A DNA stretch of 61,727 nucleotides from Selaginella moellendorffii (taxonomy: Eukaryota; Plantae; Lycopodiophyta): the NCBI RefSeq assembly GCF_000143415.4, contig NW_003314457.1:17302-79028 (forward strand), given 5' to 3'. Every line of letters begins with the position of its first letter. Positions within the stretch are counted from its first letter, which is position 1. A program made the position numbers and the translations under genes. Below are positions 1 to 12,223 of the stretch, piece after piece. The notes below the pieces were generated by a model. That model saw only the letters and a list, made by a program, of their open reading frames with translations. It ran no database searches and was not told where the DNA came from.

Positions 1-260
1 CGATGCTTGTAAAGAGAATTCTCATCAAACTTGACATCTCTGCTGATAAGAATTGATCTGGTGGCCATGTTGTAAAGACGATAAGCTTTAGTCTCGAGAC
101 AATAGCCAACCATGATGCAAGGAATGCTCTTCGGCTCCAATTTTCTCCGATGACTGTTAGAAACTTTCGCATAAGCTATGCATCCAAAAACTTGTAGATG
201 TCTCAAGGTGACTTGCTTCCAGGTCCAAAAACGATAAGGAATATCTGCAAGAGGCTGGGT
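1..260 (-). mobile_element. Ty1/copia pol fragment (integrase C-terminal/SH3-like region), truncated by window edge
   Basis: Manual minus-strand translation gives PYRFWTWKQVTLRHLQVFGCIAYAKVSNSHRRKLEPKSIPCIMVGYCLETKAYRLYNMATRSILISRDVKFDE, matching the copia HLRVFGC..KLD.KS..C.FVGY...KAYRLY...ISRDVKFDE signature. Confidence 0.9.
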
Positions 261-278
261 AGGCACTCACTAGATCAT

Positions 279-452
279 GAGATTGAAGTTCTGGGTGCTT
301 GAAGACTCAAGCATTATGAATCTAAATCCAAAGGTTAGTTCAGGTGATCTCCAAGGGCTAACAGTGCTTCCGTGCAAGAAGTCAGCCAAAACTCTACTGT
401 ACTAAGTTGAAGAGAGTGGCAGGATGGTTTCTCCAAAGCTTTCTCTCACCAA
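279..452 (-). pseudogene. 5' remnant of S-domain receptor kinase A (copy 1)
   Basis: Degenerate match to 6886-7105 with internal deletions; cut off on the left by the copia fragment. Confidence 0.85.
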
Positions 453-816
453 GTTTTTCTTCTTTTTTGCAATTCTATTGTTTTAAATTGTGATTCTTTC
501 ATATCCGTTCCCGGATTGAATTGATCAAAGCCCAAGTCAATTATTATAAAAGTCATCTACTTTCAGGTTGACTTTGCTAAGGATACTACTATTATAAGTA
601 GTTTTTGTGAGGTATGATCAGTTTTCTTTTCAATTGTTTTACTGCTGTGAATTCGTAGCAAAAAGCAGAAGGATATGAGAAATCATGGAGGATATCTTGT
701 AGTTGACATCAACCAAGTCAAATTGTAATTTTGATATCAAATAGCTTTTGGAATTCACTTCTTTTCTAACTAGTGAGCTTCATTTACAGGACAAAGAACA
801 AGATTTTTTTGTCCTG
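453..816. promoter_or_regulatory. Copy 1 of the kinase A/B bidirectional intergenic promoter
   Basis: Closely matches 7105-7453, including the TTGACT/AGTCAA W-box motifs. Confidence 0.7.
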
Positions 817-1160
817 ATGGCGGCAAAACTAATGATGCTAGTTCTACTGATGCTCTTAGTGCTGAATTGCAAGAGGATTGGACTGGGAGACATGCTTGGT
901 GTGGAGCAGCCACCATGGATGTTACCTAATAACACTTTTGCATTTGGATTCCACACAAGTGATGGGATTGGTGTGCTCTTTACTCTCGCAGTTTGGCATC
1001 AAAGCACAGGAACAAGTAGTATGGGAGGCCACTGAAGTGCTCAACAGTAGCATAACTGAGAAACAGAGGATCAAAGTAGGAGCTTAAAGAAACTAGACTC
1101 ATTGTTACAGATAACTCCATGACAGTATGGCTTGTTCATTGTGAGAATTGTTCTATCACT
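817..1160 (+). pseudogene. 5' remnant of S-domain receptor kinase B (copy 1)
   Basis: MAAKLMMLVLLMLLVLNCKRIGLGD...FAFGFHTSDGIG matches 7454 onward; frameshift near 1013, deletions, similarity ends near 1160. Confidence 0.88.
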
Positions 1161-1962
1161 CATAAAATATTATTGTCAAGTACCATTCATAACAACATAT
1201 TCACAAAGAAATCGAATGATATAACTTTGACATGGTGTTATTTGATATTGCTTTTGGTGATGAACCAACGAACTTACCTTTTATAGAAAAGCAAATTGTT
1301 CTCCAAATTGGTAAGAACTTTTTTTTTTCAATTCTGTAGCCCTTCATTTGTTGTGATAACTTGGGATTTATTAATGCTTCCATGGGATTTAGGATGCAAG
1401 TTAGGCATTCTTCTGGACCTCACAATGAGATCTATAAAGCACTTTCAAAAGTTTTTATGTTACTTGCTCTAAGCATGCAAACAACTCATGAACTAATTAA
1501 CCTATCTCTTATAAAAAAAAGCAAATTGTTCTCCAGACAGTTAAGAATACATTTAGCCCTTTTCTTGCTATAAAAACTTGGGATTTCTGAAAGCAAGTAG
1601 CATAGAAACTTTTGGATTTTGAAATGAGATGAATGAATATCTATCTAGGCTATATGCTATTGTTGAGAGTTTTGTGGTGCCAATGTGAGACTAAACTAAG
1701 GGATAAAAGAATGCAATTTAAACTATCCTATGAGATTGATCTGATGGATGCAAGAATGTAGTTTGGATTATCCATGCCGTGTTTATCACATCTTCTCTTT
1801 TGTGGCCATTCGAGATCTACAATAGCTCTAAGGAGAAGTGCAACTGAGTGGCAGCAATAGCAAAAGATGGAGAGCATACTTGAGGAGGTGTTTTATAGAT
1901 AAGTTTTTCTGAACAACAAACAGACTAATGAGCAACTCAAAATCATCACTATATATAATTCT

Positions 1963-2280
1963 NNNNNNNNNNNNNNNNNNNNNNNNNNNNNNNNNNNNNN
2001 NNNNNNNNNNNNNNNNNNNNNNNNNNNNNNNNNNNNNNNNNNNNNNNNNNNNNNNNNNNNNNNNNNNNNNNNNNNNNNNNNNNNNNNNNNNNNNNNNNNN
2101 NNNNNNNNNNNNNNNNNNNNNNNNNNNNNNNNNNNNNNNNNNNNNNNNNNNNNNNNNNNNNNNNNNNNNNNNNNNNNNNNNNNNNNNNNNNNNNNNNNNN
2201 NNNNNNNNNNNNNNNNNNNNNNNNNNNNNNNNNNNNNNNNNNNNNNNNNNNNNNNNNNNNNNNNNNNNNNNNNNNNNNNN
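1963..2280. other. Assembly gap (318 N)
   Basis: Run of N. Confidence 1.
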
Positions 2281-2282
2281 TG

Positions 2283-3284
2283 TTAATCGTGATGGTTTAA
2301 GAGCTAGGCCTGGTGCTAATGCTGGTGTTGGTGCTGGCAGTGATGACAAGGGTGGTGCTAGTTGGTGGTGGTGTAGGTGGCAATGGCGGTGGTGGGGGAG
2401 GAGTTCTTGGTGGCAGTGGTGGTATTCTAGGCTGGGGTGAAGGAGGTGTTCTTGATGGTGGTGGTGGTGGTGGTGGAGTGGAGGAGGTGTTCTTGATGGT
2501 AGTGGTGGAGGTAGGGGTGGTGGTGTTCTAAGCTGGGTTGGAGGAGGCGGCAGTGGTGGTGTTCTAGGTGGTGGTGGCATTCTAGGTGGTGGCAGAGGAG
2601 TTCTTGGTGGTGGCAGTGGTGGAGGAGGAGTTCTTCATGGCAGCAGCGGAGGAGTTCTTGGTAGCGGAAGTGGAGGTGTTCTAGGTGGTGGTGGTGGGGG
2701 AGGGGGTGTTCTCAGTGGTGGTGGTGCCGGTGTTCTAGTGAGGAGGAGGTGTTCTTGGTGGTGCTGGTGGTGTTCTTGGCAGTCGTGGGGTGGTGTTGTA
2801 GGTGGCAATGGCAGAGGAGTTCTTGGCAGTGGTGGTAGTGATGGTGGTGGAGGTGAACAAGCATTTGGAGTAAAATAATAGGGTCCATATGATTATATCC
2901 ATTATTGATGCATGTTCTTAAGGATTGGCCAATTGATCTACCATTTATGTCTGTTAAAAAAGAACACCCCTGGGGTGCTCTAGTCATGTCCACGCTCACT
3001 CGGCAACTCCCAATATCTATTCTAGTCTTCACTAATTCAAAGATATCAAAGTATCCTTTGCTATTTGTAAATGATGAATCTGGACAAACCAGGTTTACCT
3101 TGGCATAAGATTAGAAAAATACAGAAGATAAATAATTTTTCTTACTGAAGATGCCACTCAAAGAGCAAACCACAGTTAGTACAATAAATATAGCCTTCCA
3201 CTTTGATGTGGCAGCACAATAATTCTCATTTTTCAGAATTACTGCAAGTAATAAAATTAAATAGAGAAATGTTTTTCTTTCCAT
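2283..3284 (-). pseudogene. Pollen Ole e 1-domain / proline-rich extensin-like pseudogene (paralog of 45647-46521)
   Basis: Homologous to the intact copy, but a 14-nt deletion removes the intron CAG acceptor (near 3106), exon 1 has a 7-nt deletion, and the Pro-rich repeat region shifts frame. Confidence 0.8.
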
Positions 3285-3609
3285 ACTTAATGAGGTAAAA
3301 GAATGCCCTTTTATAATCTGCATTGCATCAAGTGAAAAAATCTAAGGTACAACTAATCAGCTGCTAGACTTTTTTTTCAAACTCAGATTTTCTGATTTAT
3401 GTGATCTCATGTTTCCATTTACTATGCCAATGATCTACTATTGTAATAATAATAATAATAATAGTGAAAAATCTCAGTATACTTTCTTAGAAAGTACAAA
3501 ATTTAGACTTTGTATCTAATCTTGTCTAAGACATATTTGTTCAAATGATTAAAATAGTGGTTAACACCTAGATTAAGAAAGTTGAGTGGCTGAGTTGAGC
3601 TACATGGTG

Positions 3610-3650
3610 TATCTAGATGCCCATCCTTATGCTACATGGGCATCTAGATA
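3610..3650. repeat. Perfect 15-bp inverted repeat with 11-nt loop
   Basis: TATCTAGATGCCCAT (3610-3624) / ATGGGCATCTAGATA (3636-3650); imperfect copy near 46878-46918. Confidence 0.9.
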
Positions 3651-4545
3651 GGTGGTATATATGCTAACATCAAACATCCCACCCAGATCTTCATTACTGT
3701 TTGGTGCTGGACTCCAATTTTCCCCAGGTAAAACAATCTATGTGTCAGTTGTAAATCTACTTTTTTAACCTTTAACCTTTATACTTTTACAGTCTAGCAG
3801 AATATTCTTAGAATAACTTTTATTTTGTTGCTTTTCAAGGTCATAAGGGTCAAAGGAAATAAGTAGATCACTCATCTTGGTGCAACAGAGCTGCCAAGCA
3901 ATTGGTCTTTAGTCTTCCATCACCCACACTTTCTTGCAATGCTCAATAAATTAGGCACCTCTAGTAGCCACACTATTGTATCCTTGGATTCTGTTTGTGG
4001 AAATAGTGTGTATTTTGACACTAAAGATGCTATAATTGATCAAGTTCTGGTCAACACATTTTAGTCTAGTTATTTTCAACAGGTAGATCATGTTTAAAAG
4101 CCTATAAAAGGCCAATAACAACCTTCATGGTTGTTGAGAACCTCCAGAAATAAAAAGATTTCTGAGGGCTTAATACCTTCGATCTAGAATCCAGCCTAGC
4201 AATATTGAGCTGGCAGAGAGTTCATATAGGGATGGCTTGGCTTAAGATCACATATCCTTAACCATATTGAAACTTAGATAATGAAAGGATGCCAAAAGCC
4301 ATAAAGATCACAAACATCTGTTCTATCACCTTATTCTATTTCATATTATTCCATTCACCTTATTCCATGAATGAAGTACCACCAAAATGCTTACCTCTCA
4401 CTATGGTCTTTCTATGAAATGGCAATGGTGAATGATTATGTTTCTTGGCAATGGTTATAGAGAGGATAATTGAAAAATATCACATGATAATTTTTAAATT
4501 TTACTTATTATTTTTATATTATTCTTTCAATTAAATAAGCAAACC

Positions 4546-7077
4546 CTAGCATAGAGCCGAGGTTTGCAGCGCCACGAACAGATCATTCTCGCCAGCGTCT
4601 GGAGATGGCGGCGCCGGCGCCTCCGCTTTGCCCTCCAGGATCTGCACCACGCGGCTCATCGCTGGCCTAGATCCTGGATCCTGGTGGATGCACCACAGCG
4701 CGATCTTGAGCGCCGTCTTGAATTGCTCCCAATCCACGCTGCCGCTCGCCAGGTTTGGATCGGCAATGCTCTCCAGCTCCGAGGTCATTTACTTGTGGAA
4801 CACTCGCCGGGCGGTGGCAGTGGCGCATTCTCGTATTCCTTATCTCCGCTGCCGAGCTCCATGAGGGCCTTCCTCTTGCCGCTCAAGATATCCAGCAGGA
4901 GCATCCCAAAGCTATAGACGTTGGCCTTGGGGGTGATGGATTGGCTCTCGAGCCACTCCGGGGCCAGGTATCCCCTGGTTCCTTGCACGGTGGTGACGCT
5001 CATCGATTCTTTTCTCATCATCCTCGCCAGCCCAAAGTCGGCCACCTTTGGCCGGCCAGCAGCACGTTTTGTGGCTTGATATCGCAGTGGACGATGCGCT
5101 CGCCACAGGAGGTATGTCAATCCTTTGGCAATCCCCAGCGCGATTGAGTGTTGTGTCTCCGAGGTTGAGAAGATCTCTTGGGAGGCGGCAGACGAGGACG
5201 AGGCCGAGAGGTGGTGGTCGAGAGAACCGTTTGTCATGAACTGGTAGACGAGGAGGTGGCGGTCTCCCTCGGCGCAGTAGCCGAGGAGGCGGACCAAGTT
5301 GACGTGGTGTACTCTTCCAATCGTGCTCACCTCGGCTTTGCATTGCTTCTCGGCCTGGTTCACGGTGGTGATCTTCTTCACGGCCACAATACCACCTTTC
5401 TCCGGTATGTTTCCTCTATACACGCTCTCGAATCCTCCCGAGCCTAACTCGTTGCGGAAGTTGTCCGTAGCATCCTGGAGCTGGCGATACGTGAACTTGG
5501 TCGGGAGCCCCTCGATCTCTCCCGTCATCTCCTCCCATTTCCTGCGGGAGGTTTTCGTCCACACAGCCGCCACGACCGCGGCTCCAGTGGCAAACAGCCC
5601 GAGCTCGACGATGGCCACGGACAGAATGATGGGGTGCCGCGAGAGGTAGACTGTCCATTTGTTTATCTTTCGCATGACTTGGTCACTCACAGTGGCGTTT
5701 GCATCCGCGAGGAAGGGATCGTGCTGGTCGTCGGCTGCAGATGTGTCCAGGCTCGACAACTTCATAAACACCATGTTGATCTCGTTTAAGGTCTGCTTAC
5801 CGTTGTAGAGCTTGTTGGAGCTGCCTTTGAGGAAGCACAAGCCCGTGCCGTCGTACTTGTACGCGGCTGCCAGGCACTTACAGTCTTGCATGCAGGTGTC
5901 CTTGCACTTCTCGAGCGACTTGATGGCCGAGTCGAAGTTGTAATCGTTGAAGTAGTAGTCTGCTCGATTCACCTGGACGAGCTTCACCGAGTTCGAGGAG
6001 TTTTGACAACCTCCCAGAGGTATGTCGTAGTCACATCCCTTCGATTCGTCGTTTGGATCAACTCGGTGAAAGCCAGGAGGACAGCTGCAAGTTTTTGTGG
6101 GCCTGTAGGTGCAGAGAGCGAAAGGTCCACATGTTCCAGGACGTCGCACTCGTGCATGACGGCTTGCCAGACGATGCTCCAGGAGCCACTCTTGTTCTTC
6201 TAGATCCTGAGATTGCCATCGTTGTCCAGCGTAAGTCTCCTCAACACATTCCCATCGTCATAGTCAAGCGCGTAGGCTTGTGAACTCATTGATCCTGATG
6301 CCCAACTCTTTCCAGTTGCGTCGTAAAAGGAAAGGACCCCTTGAGAGCTCAAGTTCAAGACGGCCGGGAACTTGAGAGAACGATCAAGCTGTTCAAGACG
6401 TGCTCTCCGGTTTCGTCATCCAGGCAAGTCATGGTGGAGTTCAGTGTCGGATTTGCAATAGACCAGTACTTTTGCGGGACCTCCAGCTTTAAGTTCTTGA
6501 GCAGCACCTGACCACTGTTGAGAACAAGCTGGTATGCTCCAGATTGAGAAATCAACCTCGTGTATCCCAAGGACGGATTTCCTTGCGTGCGGAGCTGCTG
6601 CTCGGGCAGAAGGTTGTTCGTTGGAGAGTCGAAGCTCTGCCATGCAACTTTCTTGTCTTTCTGAAGGACAACTAAGTTCCCGTTCTCGAGCAGCGCAGCA
6701 CTTTCAGCACAACATTGTCCGGGATTGGTTTGCCAGAAGGGGACGGAGCTGCTGCCATCAGTGACGGAAAGTCCTCCCTTGGCTTTCAACTCAAGCTTGG
6801 CATTTTCACTCACCTGGACCAGCTGCCCGTTTGCCATTGCCATCCAGACGACAGTCTTCTTCGGATCTATATCATACCAGATCGCGAGATTGAAGTTCCG
6901 GGTGCTTGAAGTCTCAGGCATTACGAATCCAAATCCAAAGGTTCCTCCAGGTGATCTCCAAGGGCTTCCTGTTGTGACAGTGCTTCCGCGCAAGAAGTCG
7001 GCCAGGACTCTGCTGTAGTAAGTCGAAGAGAGCAGCAGCATGAGAGTATGTAGCTTCATGAATGTTGTTTCTGACAT
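4546..7077 (-). pseudogene. G-type lectin S-receptor-like kinase A (copy 2), full length but frameshifted
   Basis: Signal peptide, B-lectin (SPGGTFGFGF, LLENGNLV, WQSFDSPT), EGF-like CGPFALC, PAN C...C..DC.C, TM, kinase (VAVKK, HHVNLVRLLGYC, DFG, GTRGYLAPEW). Split across ORFs 6355-7101, 4785-6149 and 4546-4788 by deletions visible against copy 3 (13 nt near 6390, 19 nt at 4800, others). Confidence 0.9.
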
Positions 7078-7453
7078 GGTTTCTCCAAAGCTTGCTCTCA
7101 CTAAGTTTTTCTTCTTTATTGCAGTTCTGTCGTTTCGTTGGAGTTACGTTCCCGGATTGAATTGATCAAAGCCCAAGTCAATCGTTGTGAAAGTCATCTA
7201 CTTTCAGGTTGACTTTGCTAAGGATACTACTATTATAAGTAGTTCTTGTGAGGTATGATCAGTTTTATTTTCAATTGTTTTTATTGCCATGAATTTGTAG
7301 CAAAACTCAGAAGGATATGAGAAATCATGGAGGATATCTTGTAGTTGACATCGACCAAGTCAAATTGTAGTTCTGATATAGCTTTCAGAGTTCACTTATT
7401 TTCTAACTAGGGAGGTGCATTTGCAGGAGAAAGAACAAGAACTTTTTTTCCTG
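7078..7453. promoter_or_regulatory. Bidirectional promoter between kinases A and B with W-box cluster
   Basis: About 376 bp between divergent ATGs; TTGACT on either strand at 7176-7181, 7209-7214, 7358-7363, plus TGAC cores near 7192 and 7345. Confidence 0.7.
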
Positions 7454-9945
7454 ATGGCAGCAAAACTAGTGACGCTAGTTCTACTGGTGCTCCTGGTGCT
7501 GAATTGCAAGGGGATTGGACTGGGAGACAAGCTTGGTGCGGGGCAGCCACCATGGATGTCACTTAACAGCACTTTTGCATTTGGATTCCACACAAGCGAT
7601 GGGATTGGTGAGCTCTTTACTCTTGCAATCTGGCATCAAAGGACAGGAACAGTAGTATGGGAGGCCACTGAAGCGCTCATCAAGAATGGTAGCACGACCG
7701 AGAAACCGAAGATCAAAGTAGGCAAAACTGGAGAGCTCGAGCTTAAAGAAACTGGACTCATCGTTACAGACAAGTCCATGACAGTATGGCTTGTCCGCTG
7801 TGAGAATTGTTCTATCGCCACCGCGTCCTTGGAAGAAACTGGCAACTTTGTGCTGCTCGACCGTAGCTCGGACAGGATTTGGCAAAGTTTTGACTTCCCA
7901 ACAGATACTCTCCTTCCTGGACAAGAACTTCGTGGAAATACGAGTTTGGTCGCTGGAAAGTACCGGCTTAGCATGAACAGGCGGGGTATTGAACTCTACT
8001 TCCAGGACTACTTGAATCAATCCTACTGGGGCATCATCAACAAGCAGCTCAACACCTCAGAGTCGACAATGACTTCTACTCCGAAGTTCACTTTCAGCAT
8101 CGATGGTCATCTTGCCTTTTTCGATGCCAACGGAAGCTCCTGGTACCGCTACAAGTTCGACAACGCTCAAAAGTACCCGATAGATCTCGGCGATACGAGC
8201 GTGATCCGGAGGCTCACGCTGGAAAAAAACGGAATGTTGAGGAGTTATAGCTGTGGCAGCGGGGAAAAAAGGTGGAGAGTGGTATGGCAGTCGGCATTGC
8301 TCGAATGTGAAATTTTTGGGACGTGTGGAGCTTTTGGCTTGTGTGGATACAAGCCGAGGAAGAGCTGCTCGTGTCCACCGGGATTTCATGCTGTGGATTC
8401 CAGTGAATCGGCCGGATGCGTCCGCAACTTTCCCCTCAGCTGTTCTTCCGGTAACGCTACTTCTTCTGCGAGCAAGATGGTGGAAGTTCAGAGGGCCATG
8501 TACGTTGGAAATCTTTTGCAACAACTCTCCAAAGATCCGATTTCCCTCGAGCAGTGCAAGGTCTCTTGTTTGAAGGATTGCCGCTGCCTGGGTGCTACGT
8601 ACATGCTCGCGGGAACAAAACGTTGTAGTCTTCTTGGTGGTGAAGATGGAAGACTCTTCAATGGTGTCCAGGCAATGGAGCGGACCTCCATCGCACTTCT
8701 CAAAGTTTCGGCACTGGATCCATTGACAACTTCTTTCTCCGAGGACGTGTTTGTGACGGTCCTGGATGCTTATACGCCGTCACTCCCCGATTCTTTGAGA
8801 AACTGGAGTTACTTCTCTGACGCGGGTCACAGACTGGTCTTTGCCATCGCAATTGGAGAGCTCGCCAGTTTCTTGTGCATCGCGTTGTCGGCGTGGTTCT
8901 GCTGGCGAAGATCTCTTCGTGAAATGTGGAAGAAAGCCGCCAAGGATCACCGCGGCCCGACATGGTTCTCGTACGAGCAGCTGGAAGTTGCCACAAACCA
9001 TTTTAGCTGCAAGCTCGGGGCCGGTGGATTCGGAAGTGTTTACAAGGGTGTTCTTCCGGATATGACGGTGGTGGCAGTAAAAACTCTTGAAGGAGCTGCC
9101 AGCCACGGCGAGAAACAGTTTAAAGCCGAGGTCGCCACCCTTGGAAGGGTTCATCACGTCAACTTAGTGAAACTTTTGGGCTACTGCGCTGAGGGAAGCC
9201 ATCGTTTACTCGTCTACGAGTTCCTGAGCAACGGATCACTGGACCAAGAGTGTAGCGATCTCTGGGGAACGAGGTATGTTCGTGCTCTTTCCAAAGTTTG
9301 TCTACTAAGTTGGTTTACAGGTACTCGATTGCTCTTGGTGTTGCAAAGGGCATCACGTACTTGCACGAGGAGTGCTACGATTGCATCCTCCACTGCGACA
9401 TCAAGCCGCAAAACGTTCTCCTCGACGAGAACTTCTGTCCAAAGGTGTCGGACTTTGGCCTGGCCAAGCTCACTGACAAAGAGCGGGCTCTCGACGTGAC
9501 CACCATCCGAGGAACTCGAGGCTACATGGCACCCGAGTGGGTCGGCGACCGTCCCATCACCTCCAAAGTGGACGTCTACAGCTACGGCATGGTGCTACTG
9601 GAGCTGCTCAGCGGCAACGACAAGTCGAGAATCGGCCAGAACCGCTACTTTCCAGTGTGGGCTTTTCAAAAGTACGTGGCCGGAGAGCTCCACGCCATCG
9701 CGGACCCGGGGCTTAAAAGCTTGGAGTGGAACGAGTTCGAGCGGATGATCAAGGTGGCGTTTTGGTGCATCCAGCTCGACGCCAGGTCCAGGCCGAGCAT
9801 GAGCCGGGTGGTGCAAATGCTGGAGGAGCCCGACTTGGAGGTGGCTGTGCCGCCGTTTCCAACGCCAGCCTCGGAGGAAGTGGTGAGCGGGAATAGTCCG
9901 AGCTTTCTTCCTCCACTGTCACAGTCGGTGATCGATCCAAGATAG
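7454..9945 (+). CDS. G-type lectin S-receptor-like Ser/Thr kinase B (SD2-like, non-RD), about 814 aa, 2 exons
   Basis: Exons 7454-9273 and 9321-9945 joined by a 47-nt GT-AG intron restore WGTRYSIALGVAKG. B-lectin, EGF-like, PAN, TM, GAGGFG, VAVK, HCDIKPQN, DFG and GTRGYMAPEW are all intact. Confidence 0.93.
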
Positions 9946-10019
9946 AATTCAAGTAAGAAATCTCTTCAGTCTATAGAGTGTGAGAAAGTCTCGCGGGACG
10001 GGACCATTTCAAAGCTTCG

Positions 10020-11209
10020 TCATCCAACAAGGAGGACTTTGCCCTGTCTGGCCTGCTTCTCTGCCTGTTCCATGGCGGTCTCGTAGTCCTCGAGAGGAAA
10101 TTTAGCCACCACTGGAAGCGATCCTATGATCTTTGCCTGGAAGAGCTCTGGGATCTCTTTGGCCATCAGCTCTTGCATGTCCCCTGAAGCAGCTGTCAAG
10201 CTCCAGAAAGAATGGGAAACTTTTCTCGCGAGATCGTTCACCGATATCACCGAGTCTGATGATTCGAGGCTCCCGATAGTGAAGACTTTCCCACCAGATT
10301 TCACGCAAGCGGCAGCGAGCTTAGTTTGCGACCCCGATACCATGTCGATCGCTCCCTCCACTCCGGCTCCATTTGTAAGTTCTTTCACTTTGGCAGCAAC
10401 ATCTTCCCCACGAAGATCACGCAAACTTAGAAATTATCGGGTCTGGGTGAATTGTACCTTCTTTTGTCACGTTGAGAACTTCGTCAGCACCGATGCGCTT
10501 GAGCTCTTCCTTGATTTCGTCACGCCTCACAAGGTTGATGGTCTTGATGCCCCAGTGCTTTGCAAGCTTGATAATGATCCTAGTGCGTGAAAGATCGTTT
10601 CGTTTGTGAGAGTCGAGACCCTACTAAAGATTTACCTTCCGAGCACCGATCCAGCGCCATTCTGGAGGACGTAGCTTCCTTTTGGAGCATTGATATCCTT
10701 GAGAAGACCATAGCCCGTCCAAGGATTGATAATCAGCTGTGCCGCATCCTCGTCGGAGATGTCATGAGGCATCAAAATCACGTCTTTCTCTGAGACAGTG
10801 ACAAAATCCTGCCAAGAGCCTGGTTTGGCAGAGAAATAGTTCCACAGAAATATAGGAACCACTCTATCCCCTTTCTTCACATGCCTTACACCTTCTCCCA
10901 CCTTCAAGAGATTGGAAACGATCAGAATTTCTTCTTCTTCTTTTTCCCTATGAAACCAACCTCTTCAACTATGCCAAAGCCTTCACTCCCTGGAACAAAC
11001 TCACCCTTGTCGAACATCCCAATGGAGAAGGACTGCTTGATGATGATGCGATCGAAGGGATGGATGGGCCTGGCAGTGATGCGCACCACCACACTCCCGG
11101 GCTCGGCTGCTCCGGGCCTGGGAACATTGACAAGCTCCGGGCCTTGATTCGCCTCCCCGGCACCACAAACCTTTTGACGCACTGCTCTCGCAAAGTTTCC
11201 CTCAGCCAT
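10020..11209 (-). CDS. MDR-superfamily NADPH oxidoreductase (2-enoyl-thioester reductase / quinone reductase-like), 4 exons
   Basis: PGSEGFGIVEEVGEGV, GDRV, AAQLIINPWT, VLQNGAGSVLGR, GKVLL. GT-AG introns 10902-10960, 10580-10635, 10403-10457; TATATAAA about 40 nt upstream of the ATG. Confidence 0.88.
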
Positions 11210-12223
11210 GATCGCGTTGTTTGCTTGCTGACTTCCTGCTAAACTTTGTTTATATAAGTCCGGTACTCTTTCCTTCCAGCTGCATTGCACCTTTCTTTGT
11301 TGTTTCCAAACCAATAAAAAACAAGAAACAATGGAAAATGTTGAATTTTCCTTCAAGTTCACAATTTCGGAAAGTTTCTCTAGACAAAGTCACTGTTAAA
11401 TTTTATGCCATCTCCTGTGGGGGTTAATACGTATTTATGTAGCCAGTTTGAGTTCGAGATCATGAATGTCATCAAATTCTTTTTCATTAAGAAGCGCACA
11501 CATAAATACATAATAGTTTATACTTTTACATAGTAAGACCTCAACCTTTATCAGGATTAGGAATCATATTGGGAACTGCAAGAAACACTTGACGAGCGCG
11601 AGCTTTGACAATGGAAGAAACAGAAGTAACGAACGACTTGAACTTGAGAAAAGGCCGAGAACCTCATTGGCGGAGATCACAGGCTCCTCGTCTACGAATT
11701 AATGCTACTTGACAAAGCCAGTCCTCGTGCACCCACCTCGAGCTGGGACAAACGCTACGCTGTTGGATCCAGTGGCATCTCCCAAAAAAACATGGGCAAC
11801 TGTGCCGCCACATAAAATGAAAACTTGTGGGCTCGGAGGTCTTAAAGTTCCAATGCGCAAAAGCAAAAGAGCCAGCCATGGTTGGACAGGTCGCTACTCA
11901 TAATGCTTTCGTGCGTGATCACTCTTCCTTCGAAGATTTGTGGTTTGTTTTTCCAAACCTTTCTTATGTGCTATGGTGACAGACAGTCCTGTGGTGGCGT
12001 GAGAAACATAAGACTTTGTTTCCAAAGGTTACTAGTCCTACCAAACCTTACGTGTCCCTCAGGTGTCTTATCATCTCCAGGACGAGCAGTGGGCTGCCTC
12101 GGACTAAAGATCAACAAAAAAGATTGCGTCGATCCAGGAAGAACATATCTTAGGCAGATTAATCATTATTTCGCTGCTACCATGGGGCCTTGCTATGACA
12201 TAACTATGACATATCACCAAGGA

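Noticed and set aside
1160-1962. Unassigned sequence with a short internal repeat (about 1281-1370 vs 1509-1590)
   Set aside because: No recognisable coding or TE motif; cannot be classified by eye
1828-2580. ORFs spanning the N gap
   Set aside because: Artefacts of translating through Ns
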